From Patescibacteria group bacterium (GTDB lineage Bacteria > Patescibacteriota > Microgenomatia > UBA8517): 64,000 nucleotides of DNA. This document shows, in pieces, positions 55,601-64,000 of this stretch (the stretch's first letter is position 1; each line of letters opens with the position of its first letter). Position numbers and translations under genes: made by a program. The stretch lies in the NCBI GenBank assembly GCA_022868165.1, contig JALHYA010000004.1, positions 16,457 through 80,456 on the forward strand. The letters are read 5' to 3'. The notes under the pieces were generated by a model. It did not search any database. It worked only from the letters and a program-made list of their open reading frames with translations, and was not told where the DNA came from.

Positions 55601-57091
55601 CTATACCTTTTCTGTTACCTTGTACTCAAGATACTTTCCCAGCATAAGCCGGGTGTGGGCGTCAAGCCCCGGAAGGGCTGAAAAGAAAAATCCGGCAATA
55701 GGCATTAGGACGAACTCCAAGGGAGTCAAAAGAGCTTTCCATAAAGGAACTTCTTTGGGCCTTTTTGGTCTATAGATGTTATCAATGATTATCATGATTA
55801 CAAGGAATATGAGGGCAAGAGACAGGACAAACGAGGAAAGTCTTGGAATCGTATAGCCAAGAGCTGTTCTTCTAAAAGCCGGGTTTAAAAGAGACGGAAG
55901 GGTTAACCCTATGGTGATGATGAACCAGTTAACTGGCCAGAGAAAGTGCGACCAGAGGACATAAATAAGCCTCATTGTCTTATCCCAAAAAGGAACACCG
56001 GGAGTAAGAAGATAATTTTTAATAATCCAGGGGTCATCGGATACCCCCCAAGACCAGCGTTTATATTGTTCATATTGGTTTTTAAGAGTTTTCCAAAAAG
56101 ATGTTGATTGTGCAGCATCAGCATGCAGGGGAAGATAAATCGGTTCAACCTCCACATCGCCCCGTTTTTTGTAGTAAGCTTTAAAAAATATTCCCCAGTC
56201 TTCAGGAATTTTATCCGGGTCCCAGTAGCCTACTTCATCCAGAAGTTTGAAAGAAAGGGAATAATTTTGTTGATTGATGAGCCTGTCCTTTCTGGGGAGT
56301 TGAGAAAGATTCCAAATGGTAGAGAAAGTATTGGGAACTCTGGTGATTGCCGGAAGTTCCCAGATGTTATTGTAAAACATTACCGCCGGTTGCCAGAAAT
56401 AGTTATAGCGCTTGGGGTTATCCAGAAATCTGAAAGTAAGAACGGCAAAATGCTGCGGGTGATATTTATGGTCGGCATCGCAACTGGTGACGGTAATATA
56501 GTTAATATCCATTTTTTCCTTATCGATAAGTTCCTTTTTAACCCAAACGGCGGCGAAACGCTCATTAGAGGCTTTCCCTACGACCTCTCCGGGGATAAGC
56601 TCATGAACAGTTACGAAAAAATTAGCAAAAACATTTTTAAACTTAGACTGGAGCTCCTGGACTTTTTTGGCTCTATCTTCTTCCGGTTCTTTTTTCTCCA
56701 TTGCCAAAACAAGGGTTATTTGCTTTCTAGGCAGGGTTTGGGCGGCAAGGGAGGCGAAGGTGCGCTCAAGAATGTGAATAGGCTCTTTATAAGTGGGGAT
56801 TATTATTATGTGATGGACTTTTTGCCAATCAGGGAAAGCTTTTATATCTTTCATCCAATCGTATTGCATCGATGCCTGAATTCTTAAGTGCGAGATAATC
56901 GCGGCCAAGGCAATTTGGAAGGATTGGTAAAACCAGTAGATGTTGAATAGAAGTACGAAGTATGCAACCGCCGAGGGCATAACGAAAATTCCCCAGTAAG
57001 GAAAAAGAATTAAATTCCAAGAGGTAAACCCTGGAAGTATTTCCAGAAAACGGCGAACGAGCCTATCGTGCTTAATAATAAAATCGCGCAT
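55601..57091 (-). CDS. Processive family-2 glycosyltransferase (membrane-embedded synthase type)
   Basis: 'IIIPTYKEPIHILERTFASLAAQT', 'VTSCDADH', 'QYKRWSWG' (QxxRW) motifs; N- and C-terminal TM helices; start set at Met 57091 to avoid overlap with metG. Confidence 0.65.
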   Translation of the reverse strand: MRDFIIKHDRLVRRFLEILPGFTSWNLILFPYWGIFVMPSAVAYFVLLFNIYWFYQSFQIALAAIISHLRIQASMQYDWMKDIKAFPDWQKVHHIIIIPTYKEPIHILERTFASLAAQTLPRKQITLVLAMEKKEPEEDRAKKVQELQSKFKNVFANFFVTVHELIPGEVVGKASNERFAAVWVKKELIDKEKMDINYITVTSCDADHKYHPQHFAVLTFRFLDNPKRYNYFWQPAVMFYNNIWELPAITRVPNTFSTIWNLSQLPRKDRLINQQNYSLSFKLLDEVGYWDPDKIPEDWGIFFKAYYKKRGDVEVEPIYLPLHADAAQSTSFWKTLKNQYEQYKRWSWGVSDDPWIIKNYLLTPGVPFWDKTMRLIYVLWSHFLWPVNWFIITIGLTLPSLLNPAFRRTALGYTIPRLSSFVLSLALIFLVIMIIIDNIYRPKRPKEVPLWKALLTPLEFVLMPIAGFFFSALPGLDAHTRLMLGKYLEYKVTEKV

Positions 57092-57092
57092 T

Positions 57093-58523
57093 TTATTTGA
57101 TGCGGGGAAAAAGCGGCGCTTCGGATTTAATTTTCGGTCCGGCAAACTGCTTTTCGATTTTCTCGGCTGTTTGGGGCAAGAAAGACACAAGACAATCAGC
57201 AATAGAACGGATAGCAGAAACCGCGGATTCCAAAGTTTTTTTGAGGTTCTCTCCGGTTTGCTCCCACGGCTTTTGGTCGTTGATATATTTATCGAGTTCG
57301 GAAACTTTTTTCCAAATAGATTCCAATGCCCCATCAAACCTAAATTCTTGCATATGTTTTTCTACGTCTTTATTTAGACTTCGATGAATCGATTCATCGA
57401 AGCGGAAGTCGTCTTTCTCACATAACTTTGCGACTCTGGCAACCAAATTTCCAATGCCATTTGCCAAGTCGGCATTGTAGGTTTCTTTTAATTTTTCCTC
57501 CGAGAAATCGCCATCGGCAAACGGAGAAACTTTTGCCAAAAGATAGTAGCGCAGGGCATCGACACCGTATTTTTCGATAATTCCGAATGGGTCGATTACA
57601 TTACCTAAAGTTTTCGAGATTTTCTGGCCGTTAACCGTCAAATAACCGTGTACAAATAGAGCTTTGGGAAGCTTCAGCTTTGCCGAAAGAAGAAATGCCG
57701 GCCAGTAAATTGCATGGAAGCGTGTAATGCCTTTCCCGATAACATGAACGTCTGCGGGCCAGTATTTGTTATATTTTTCTTCGTCCCAGCCGAAGCCGAT
57801 TCCGGATTGATAAATGTTCAGTGCATCAAACCAAACATAAATTTTTTGGTTTGGGTCACCCGGAACAGGAACACCCCAATTTTTTGCACGGTCGTTTGTT
57901 CGGGAAATGCTGATATCCTGCAAAGGCTCTTTCAGAAAAGCCAAGACTTCGTTTTTCCTGGTTTCGGGAACAATTTTTAATTCATCCGATTCGACGAGTT
58001 TTATTAATTGGTCTTGATATTTTGATAGTTTGAAGAAGTAGTTTTCCTCCGCTACCTTCTCGAGTTTTTTGCCCGGGTGCTCGAAACATTCCCCGTTTTC
58101 GTCAAGTTCATCGGGTGTATAAAATGCCTCGCAGCCGACGCAGTAAAGTCCCTCATAAGTTTTTTTGTAAATATCCTTCTCGCATAATTTCCAAAGTTTT
58201 TGTACAGAGGAATAATGATGGGTTTTGTCGCTGCCTTTTTGCCAAACTCCGAATTCGGCATTCATGGCAATGGCAAGCTTGCGGAAGGCCTCGGTGTTTC
58301 TGTCGACAAATTCCTGAATAGGAACTCCTTCTTCCTCGGCTGCCTGGACATTTTTGACCGCATTTTCATCTCCTCCGGAAAGCGAAAGAGTATCCTTGCC
58401 CAAAAGCTTATGGTATCGGGCTATTGTGTCCGTTTGTACGAACTCCAAAGCGTGCCCGATATGAGGCTTAGCGTTAACATATGGAATGGCAGCAGTGATA
58501 TAAAATTTCTTGGCCATAGGCAT
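57093..58523 (-). CDS. metG: Methionine--tRNA ligase (minimal, 476 aa, no C-terminal tRNA-binding extension)
   Basis: HIGH 'PHIGHALE', 'ARYHKLLGKDT', KMSKS 'KISKTLGNVIDP'. Confidence 0.8.
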   Translation of the reverse strand: MPMAKKFYITAAIPYVNAKPHIGHALEFVQTDTIARYHKLLGKDTLSLSGGDENAVKNVQAAEEEGVPIQEFVDRNTEAFRKLAIAMNAEFGVWQKGSDKTHHYSSVQKLWKLCEKDIYKKTYEGLYCVGCEAFYTPDELDENGECFEHPGKKLEKVAEENYFFKLSKYQDQLIKLVESDELKIVPETRKNEVLAFLKEPLQDISISRTNDRAKNWGVPVPGDPNQKIYVWFDALNIYQSGIGFGWDEEKYNKYWPADVHVIGKGITRFHAIYWPAFLLSAKLKLPKALFVHGYLTVNGQKISKTLGNVIDPFGIIEKYGVDALRYYLLAKVSPFADGDFSEEKLKETYNADLANGIGNLVARVAKLCEKDDFRFDESIHRSLNKDVEKHMQEFRFDGALESIWKKVSELDKYINDQKPWEQTGENLKKTLESAVSAIRSIADCLVSFLPQTAEKIEKQFAGPKIKSEAPLFPRIK

Positions 58524-58549
58524 ATTTTACCTTCTAAAGGGGATTCTAG

Positions 58550-58903
58550 CTACTTGCGGACGAACTTGCGGATTTTTTCGGCCCATTGATTCGCCCATTC
58601 TTCGGCCTCGATTTTTTTGATTGCGGAGGCAAATCCCGGCTTTTTCATCTGCTTTTCAACGGTAGCAATTGTGGCGGAAGAGACTTTTAAATTCTCTCTT
58701 ATATTGGAATAGCTTCTTTTCTTTTTTAACCAATAGGCGATAGATAGGCGTTTGGCAAAAGTTTCTAGCTCGCTGTCGTTAAAAAAATCGGAAAGAAACA
58801 AATAAAGCTCGTCGAGGTTTTTGAAATCCAAAATAGTTTGGGCAAAGGTTTTTTCTATTTGATTTTTAAGAGACGGATTTAGTTTTCTGTTTGAAATGCG
58901 CAT
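58550..58903 (-). CDS. TrpR/YerC/YecD-family helix-turn-helix protein
   Basis: 117 aa; '..FAKRLSIAYWLKKKRSYSNIRENLKVSSATIATVEK' resembles the TrpR-like YerC/YecD family. Confidence 0.5.
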   Translation of the reverse strand: MRISNRKLNPSLKNQIEKTFAQTILDFKNLDELYLFLSDFFNDSELETFAKRLSIAYWLKKKRSYSNIRENLKVSSATIATVEKQMKKPGFASAIKKIEAEEWANQWAEKIRKFVRK

Positions 58904-58932
58904 CGCTTCGTTCGATTAAACCGCAGTATAGC

Positions 58933-59274
58933 CTATTTTCTTGAGAAGTAAAATTCTATTGTTCCCCCAAGAGCAAAGATAAAAAGAAGATTGAGAATGT
59001 TGCCAATTCCGAAATATCTAAGAATCAAAAATATCATTACACACAAGGTAGTAATGATCCCTCTTCTTGTATTTGCGAAAAGAATCGACAAGGTAAAAAG
59101 AAGAGAAAGAATAACCATAAAGAAAAAGACCGGAATAGCGCCAAACGTTTGTGGGTCTACAAAGTAAACGATCCCTGCAGTAACAACCCAGAGAACCATG
59201 GTGACAATCAGCGAAGGCAAAAAATTCTTTCTTCGAAGAATGGCCTGTTTTCTGAGTTCTTTCTTCATAACCAT
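58933..59274 (-). CDS. Small membrane protein (113 aa, 3 TM)
   Basis: ORF, hydrophobic. Confidence 0.4.
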   Translation of the reverse strand: MVMKKELRKQAILRRKNFLPSLIVTMVLWVVTAGIVYFVDPQTFGAIPVFFFMVILSLLFTLSILFANTRRGIITTLCVMIFLILRYFGIGNILNLLFIFALGGTIEFYFSRK

Positions 59275-59304
59275 ATTTTAACGGAAATGATACAATTGCG
59301 TACG

Positions 59305-60309
59305 ATGGACCCTCTTATTACTCTTGTTGTAGTTCTGGCGGCGCTGGTCGTCATCGCAGTTTTTATTAACAGAAAGCTGTCGGAATTGAAAGAGGCGCAG
59401 AAACCTTCGGAAGAACTTTTAGAAATAATTAAAATGCTTCAGACGGGTTCCAAAGAAGACAGAAGGGTTCTGTTGGATTCCCTACAGAAAAATACCCAAA
59501 GCCTGAATGAAAGGCTTGATAATGCCGCAAGGGTTATTTCCCAGGTCCAAAGAAATTTGGGTGAAATGAGCGAAGTTGGAAAGGGAATAAGAACTTTGCA
59601 GGAATTTTTACAATCTCCAAAATTAAGAGGAGGTTTGGGAGAAGAAGTTTTGAAGGAAATGATTAGCCAAACCTTTCCCAAGAACGCCTTTCATTTGCAA
59701 TATCCTTTCAAATCTGGGTTTAAGGTTGATGCTGTTTTGAAAACCGAAGCAGGGCTTTTGTGTATCGACTCGAAATTTCCCATGGAGAACTTTAACGTCA
59801 TGCTTAAAGGGGAAACCGAAGCTGAAAGAAATGCTGGGAAAAAACAATTTGCCGCCGACGTTAAGAAACACATAGAAGATATCTCAAGAAAATACATCTT
59901 GCCCGAAGAAGGAACAATGGATTTTGCCCTAATGTATATCCCCTCCGAGGCGGTTTATTACGAAGTTGTAAACATCCAGGAGCTAAGCAATTTTGCCAGA
60001 AGATTAAGGGTCTATCCCGTATCTCCAAACACCCTCTATGCGCATCTTCAGGTCTTACTTTTATCCTTTGAAGGAAAAGATTTGGAGACAAAATCGCGCG
60101 AGGTATTCAGAATCCTTAGGGCAATTCAGAAAGATTACTCAAAGGTTGGGGAGAATTTGGGAGTTCTGCAAAAGCACCTAAACAACGCTTACAACATAAT
60201 GAGTTCCGTTATTACATCTTTTGTCCAGCTTGGACAAAAGATTACTTCAACCCAAAGCCTGGGGGCGGGAGTTAAAAAAGAAAAGCTTTTGGAAACCAAA
60301 GAGAAGTGA
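59305..60309 (+). CDS. rmuC: DNA recombination protein RmuC
   Basis: N-terminal TM + coiled coil; 'YILPEEGTMDFALMYIPSEAVYYE...RVYPVSPNTLYAHLQVL' RmuC core. Confidence 0.7.
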   Translation: MDPLITLVVVLAALVVIAVFINRKLSELKEAQKPSEELLEIIKMLQTGSKEDRRVLLDSLQKNTQSLNERLDNAARVISQVQRNLGEMSEVGKGIRTLQEFLQSPKLRGGLGEEVLKEMISQTFPKNAFHLQYPFKSGFKVDAVLKTEAGLLCIDSKFPMENFNVMLKGETEAERNAGKKQFAADVKKHIEDISRKYILPEEGTMDFALMYIPSEAVYYEVVNIQELSNFARRLRVYPVSPNTLYAHLQVLLLSFEGKDLETKSREVFRILRAIQKDYSKVGENLGVLQKHLNNAYNIMSSVITSFVQLGQKITSTQSLGAGVKKEKLLETKEK

Positions 60310-63227
60310 GCAACTTCGAAAAAAAATTAAACAAAGAACAGCAGGAAGCGATAAAACATAAGGCAGGCCCACTTTTGATTATCGCCGGTGCGGGAACCGG
60401 CAAAACCACAGTTATAACCGAACGGATTAAATATATTATTCTTTCCAAGCTTGCCAAACCCGACGAAATTTTAGCACTTACATTTACGGAGAAAGCGGCA
60501 AGAGAAATGGAAGAAAGAGTCGACGTTGCAATGCCCTACGGATATACCCAGATGTGGATTTCTACATTTCATTCCTTTTGCGACAGGATTTTAAGAAGAG
60601 AGGCGCTTCATATTGGTCTTGACCCGAAATACAAATTAATGGGCGAGGCGGAAACTATCCAGCTAATCCGGAATAATTTATTTAAATTCGACCTGGATTA
60701 TTTTAGACCGCTAGGAAATCCCAATAAATTTATTGGAGGAATGCTTCAACATTTTTCCAGACTTCAGGACGAAGATGTTTCCCCAATTCAATATATGGAC
60801 TGGGTCAAAAAACAAAAAACCAAAGCCAAAAGAAAAAGCAAAGAAGAAAAATTGGAAATAACAAAATGGGAGGAACTTGCCAAAGCTTATAAGGCTTACG
60901 ATGAACTGAAAGTAAAAGAGGGATTCATGGATTATGGAGATTTGATAGTCAAAGCCTTAAAACTTTTTAAAGAAAGGAAAAATATTTTGAGGCAGTATCA
61001 AGAACAATTTAGATATCTTCTAATTGATGAATTTCAGGACACAAACTTTGCTCAAAATGGGTTGTCCGTGCTTTTATCAGGACTTAAGAAAAACATAACG
61101 GTGGTTGGGGATGATGACCAATCAATTTACCGCTTTAGGGGCGCCGCAGTCTCCAACATTATCCAGTTTCGCAAAAATTTCCCAAGGACGAAAGTTATTG
61201 TTCTTACTAAAAACTATCGTTCTACCCAGGAAATTTTGGACAAATCCTACGCTCTTATCCAACACAATAATCCGGATAGGTTGGAGTCGGTTGAAAAAAT
61301 AGACAAGCATCTGGTTTCCCAAGTCGCAAAAGATGGGGAGGAGATTAAATTTATTCATTCCGACAGAGTTGAAAACGAAGCGGACTCGGTTGCCAAAAAA
61401 ATTCAGGAACTTATTAAAGAAGAAGACTATGAATTTAGACATTTTGCTATTTTGGTTCGTGCCAATAATCACGCGGAGCCTTTCGTCCGCGCATTTCAAC
61501 GCCACGGAATCCCCTCTCAATTTTTGGGACCGGGGAGGCTTTTTAAACAGCCGGAGGTAGTGGATCTGATTTCATATTTGAAGGTTCTTTACAACTTCGG
61601 GGATTCGGTGGCTTTTTACAGATTATTATCGATTGAATATTTTGATATATCGGCCAGGGACCTGGCGATGGTAGGCAACTATGCGAAACGGCTCAGACTT
61701 TCTCTTTTTGAGGCCTGCGAAAAAGTTGACGATATTTTTGTTTCAAACGAAACAAAGGAAAAAGTAAAAAAAGTAATTGGCGTTATCGATAAACACCTGA
61801 AGCTTGTAAGAAAAGAAACTGCGGGGCAGCTTCTTTATTATTTTCTGGAAGATACGGGGCTCTTGCAAAAACTTCTTAATCCCAACTCTCCCGATACGGA
61901 AAAAAGGGCAGCAAACATTTCCAAGTTTTTCGACAGATTAAAAACTTATGAAGTCGACCACGAAGATGCGACCATTCCGGCAGTAGTTGATTGGATAGAA
62001 CTTTCGTCGGAATTGGGCGAATCTCCGTTGGCTGCGGATACGGATTGGACAGACATAAATGCCGTAAATATTTTAACGGCCCATTCTGCAAAGGGATTGG
62101 AGTTTCCAGTAGTGTTTTTGGTTAATCTTGTGGCGCAGCGATTCCCGACGATTGAAAGAAGGGAACAAATTCCGATTCCGGACGCTTTGGTTAAAGAAAT
62201 TTTGCCGGTCGGGGATTATCACCTGGAAGAAGAAAGAAGACTTTTCTATGTTGGAATGACCCGGGCCAAAGATTTGCTGTTCTTTACTGCTGCAGATTAT
62301 TACGGAGAAGGCAAAAGGGAAAAACGTCTCTCCCCTTTTATTTTTGAAACACTTGGAGATGAAGTTATTTCTTCCGAACAACTAACCTCCAACGTTAAGC
62401 AGCTGTCTTTCTTGGATTATGCCGCCCCCAAGATACCAGATACAAGATACGAAATACCTTCATTACACGTCGACTATCTTTCTTATTCCCAGATTGAAAC
62501 TTTCAGAACCTGCCCTTTGCATTACAAGCTTAAATATATTGTCAAGATTCCGACTCCGCCGTCTGCCTCTCAAAGTTTTGGAATTTCTATACATGCCGCC
62601 ATCAAAAGGTTTTTCGATTTAGTTGCTTTAGGTGAAAGGGCAAACGAGAAACTGATTTATAAATGTTTGGAAGGCAGTTGGGTGAAGGAAGGGTATTTGG
62701 ATAAAATCCATGAGAAAAAATTCTTCGAGAAAGGAAAAATTTATTTGTCGGGATTTCTAAAGGAAGGTTTTGACCCAGAAAATTTGCCGGAGGCGATGGA
62801 GCAGATGTTTACCGTTCCGATAATTTCAAAAGACAAAAAACAATATTTAAGAGTTGGCGGAAAGATTGATAGACTGGATGTTTTCCCTGACGGCTCAATA
62901 GAAATAATCGATTACAAAACCGGCGCGAGTATGCCTAAACAAAAAGAGCTGGAAAACAATCTTCAACTTTCGTTTTATGCACTTGCCGCGACTAGTATTC
63001 CAGATAAACCATTCGGAAGACTGCCGGAAAAAATAAAACTTACACTTTATTTTCTTGACCAGCAACAGAAGTTTTCGACCACAAGAACAAAAGAAGACTT
63101 GGAAAAGGCGAAGGAAGAAATTTTCAAAACTAAAGAGGAAATAGAAAAATCAGATTTCAAATGTTCTGGCCACATGTTTTGCCAAAACAACTGTGAGTAT
63201 TCACTTTTCTGTAGGGTCCAAGAGTAA
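60306..63227 (+). CDS. UvrD/PcrA-like SF1 helicase fused to a C-terminal PD-(D/E)XK nuclease with Cys4 (Cas4/AddB-like Fe-S) cluster
   Basis: Walker A 'GAGTGKTTVI', 'LIDEFQDTN', 'VGDDDQSIYRFRGA' helicase motifs; C-terminus 'IEIIDYKTG' nuclease motif and 'CSGHMFCQNNCEYSLFC'. Confidence 0.7.
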   Translation: MSNFEKKLNKEQQEAIKHKAGPLLIIAGAGTGKTTVITERIKYIILSKLAKPDEILALTFTEKAAREMEERVDVAMPYGYTQMWISTFHSFCDRILRREALHIGLDPKYKLMGEAETIQLIRNNLFKFDLDYFRPLGNPNKFIGGMLQHFSRLQDEDVSPIQYMDWVKKQKTKAKRKSKEEKLEITKWEELAKAYKAYDELKVKEGFMDYGDLIVKALKLFKERKNILRQYQEQFRYLLIDEFQDTNFAQNGLSVLLSGLKKNITVVGDDDQSIYRFRGAAVSNIIQFRKNFPRTKVIVLTKNYRSTQEILDKSYALIQHNNPDRLESVEKIDKHLVSQVAKDGEEIKFIHSDRVENEADSVAKKIQELIKEEDYEFRHFAILVRANNHAEPFVRAFQRHGIPSQFLGPGRLFKQPEVVDLISYLKVLYNFGDSVAFYRLLSIEYFDISARDLAMVGNYAKRLRLSLFEACEKVDDIFVSNETKEKVKKVIGVIDKHLKLVRKETAGQLLYYFLEDTGLLQKLLNPNSPDTEKRAANISKFFDRLKTYEVDHEDATIPAVVDWIELSSELGESPLAADTDWTDINAVNILTAHSAKGLEFPVVFLVNLVAQRFPTIERREQIPIPDALVKEILPVGDYHLEEERRLFYVGMTRAKDLLFFTAADYYGEGKREKRLSPFIFETLGDEVISSEQLTSNVKQLSFLDYAAPKIPDTRYEIPSLHVDYLSYSQIETFRTCPLHYKLKYIVKIPTPPSASQSFGISIHAAIKRFFDLVALGERANEKLIYKCLEGSWVKEGYLDKIHEKKFFEKGKIYLSGFLKEGFDPENLPEAMEQMFTVPIISKDKKQYLRVGGKIDRLDVFPDGSIEIIDYKTGASMPKQKELENNLQLSFYALAATSIPDKPFGRLPEKIKLTLYFLDQQQKFSTTRTKEDLEKAKEEIFKTKEEIEKSDFKCSGHMFCQNNCEYSLFCRVQE

Positions 63228-63548
63228 GTCAAAAATTCCAAGACTTCCTTTAATATTAATCGGTGGGTTAATAGGGCGAATATTTCTAAGAAACCAACTG
63301 TAAGCTCCGGGATAAATTTTTATACAAGCTTTCTTTTCGTGCCCTTTCGTCATTCGTTTTATATCGTAAAGCTCGACTATACACAGCGCTTTTCCGAAAG
63401 GTTCTATTTTGGGGTTTTGTGAAGAGCAGATTACCAAATCACCGCGATAGTTCGTTGACCATTTTCTGGTTTCAATGGTTTTCTTTCCGGAAGTCACCAA
63501 ATTTGCCCAGGGCTGCTTCAACGAAATTGCCTTATGAACTCTTTTCAT
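63201..63548 (-). CDS. ASCH-domain protein
   Basis: 'AISLKQPWANLVTSGKKTIETRKW' ASCH N-terminal signature. Confidence 0.5.
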   Translation of the reverse strand: MKRVHKAISLKQPWANLVTSGKKTIETRKWSTNYRGDLVICSSQNPKIEPFGKALCIVELYDIKRMTKGHEKKACIKIYPGAYSWFLRNIRPINPPINIKGSLGIFDLLLDPTEK

Positions 63549-64000
63549 AATAGAGCTATTCTACTTTTAACAAATGCTCCCGAATATTCAACCTCATATC
63601 CTCCAAAACTTTTCTTGAAATGGGTAAAGCCCAGCCAGGTTTTATTGGGAAACCGTTCATCATAAATTCCTTCAAAATCAAAAATTCTTGCACCTTTTTT
63701 TTTCGCCCAGAGAATTCCTTCCCAAACTACTTTGTATTGATAAAGTTTCTTGCGCCCTTCTTTGTTTGCAAAAGCTTGCCAGTAATAAGCAATGCCGTCG
63801 GCCAATAAAAATATTGCCCCGGATGAACCGTCGGCCGTCATTATAAACAAAGAGTTTTTCTTAAAAGATTTCTTGAGAGCTTTTAAATGAGCAAGTGGCG
63901 GAACATAGCGTTTTAATCCGACTGACCTTTTCCAGGCATTTCTAAAATCTTCCGGAGAGGCAAAACCAGTGGCGATGTTCTCATTTTGCCGGACTGCGCG
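63545..64000 (-). CDS. FemAB-family aminoacyltransferase (C-terminal part; gene continues beyond the window)
   Basis: 'GFTHFKKSFGGYEVEYSGAF' FemAB C-terminal signature; the frame stays open upstream to the window edge. Confidence 0.55.
   Translation of the reverse strand, partial: RAVRQNENIATGFASPEDFRNAWKRSVGLKRYVPPLAHLKALKKSFKKNSLFIMTADGSSGAIFLLADGIAYYWQAFANKEGRKKLYQYKVVWEGILWAKKKGARIFDFEGIYDERFPNKTWLGFTHFKKSFGGYEVEYSGAFVKSRIALL

Noticed and set aside
1-64000. CRISPR arrays, rRNA genes, integrases/transposases
   Set aside because: No regularly spaced direct repeats with unique spacers, no rRNA-like conserved stretches and no recombinase-like ORFs were seen anywhere in the window. The repeats present are palindromic mini-elements and long direct duplications instead.

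Overview
The window (64 kb, low/moderate GC) looks like a Candidate Phyla Radiation / Patescibacteria-type chromosome segment spanning the replication origin. This is inferred from the gene content, which I could not check against any database.

The housekeeping backbone is clear:
- dnaN and dnaA on the minus strand, with a divergent rpmH-rnpA-yidD-yidC-jag operon;
- groES-groEL, rplY, valS, metG, tsaD and rnhA;
- tRNA-Thr(UGU) and tRNA-Cys(GCA).

Upstream of the origin (132-14737) is a type IV secretion/competence-pilus-like cluster:
- three tandem VirB2/TrbC-like pilin paralogs;
- a VirB6-like polytopic membrane protein;
- a PrgI/VirB3-like protein;
- a VirB4 ATPase split into two translationally coupled ORFs;
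- several very large uncharacterised secreted, membrane and cytoplasmic proteins.

Further downstream:
- a cell-envelope glycosylation cluster (UbiA-type phosphoribosyltransferase homolog, GT4 phospho-sugar transferase, two GT-C ArnT/PMT-like transferases, processive GT2);
- a UvrD-helicase/Cas4-AddB-like nuclease fusion next to rmuC.

The most unusual findings:
1. A 119-bp perfect direct repeat duplicates the 3' end of a Cys-rich adhesin-like gene. The two copies flank a 6.2-kb segment that carries tRNA-Thr and a tightly packed operon of nucleotide-metabolism genes: an Adk-like kinase, a kinase::GTP-cyclohydrolase-II fusion, a YjjX-type noncanonical NTPase, a DegT-like aminotransferase and two unknown proteins. 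This looks like an integrated cassette encoding an undescribed nucleotide-modification pathway.
2. A family of palindromic mini-repeats built from GAAGTTAGAAGTTGGAGG-like units occurs between the pilin genes and twice IN FRAME inside tsaD, analogous to Rickettsia palindromic elements.
3. A ~120-bp promoter/hairpin module (extended -10, leaderless start) is duplicated in front of rpmH and of an unrelated hypothetical gene. One hairpin shows compensatory base changes between the copies.
4. A 21-bp duplicate of the tRNA-Cys 3' end lies 62 bp downstream of that tRNA, resembling an att-site scar.

No CRISPR array, rRNA, integrase or transposase was seen.
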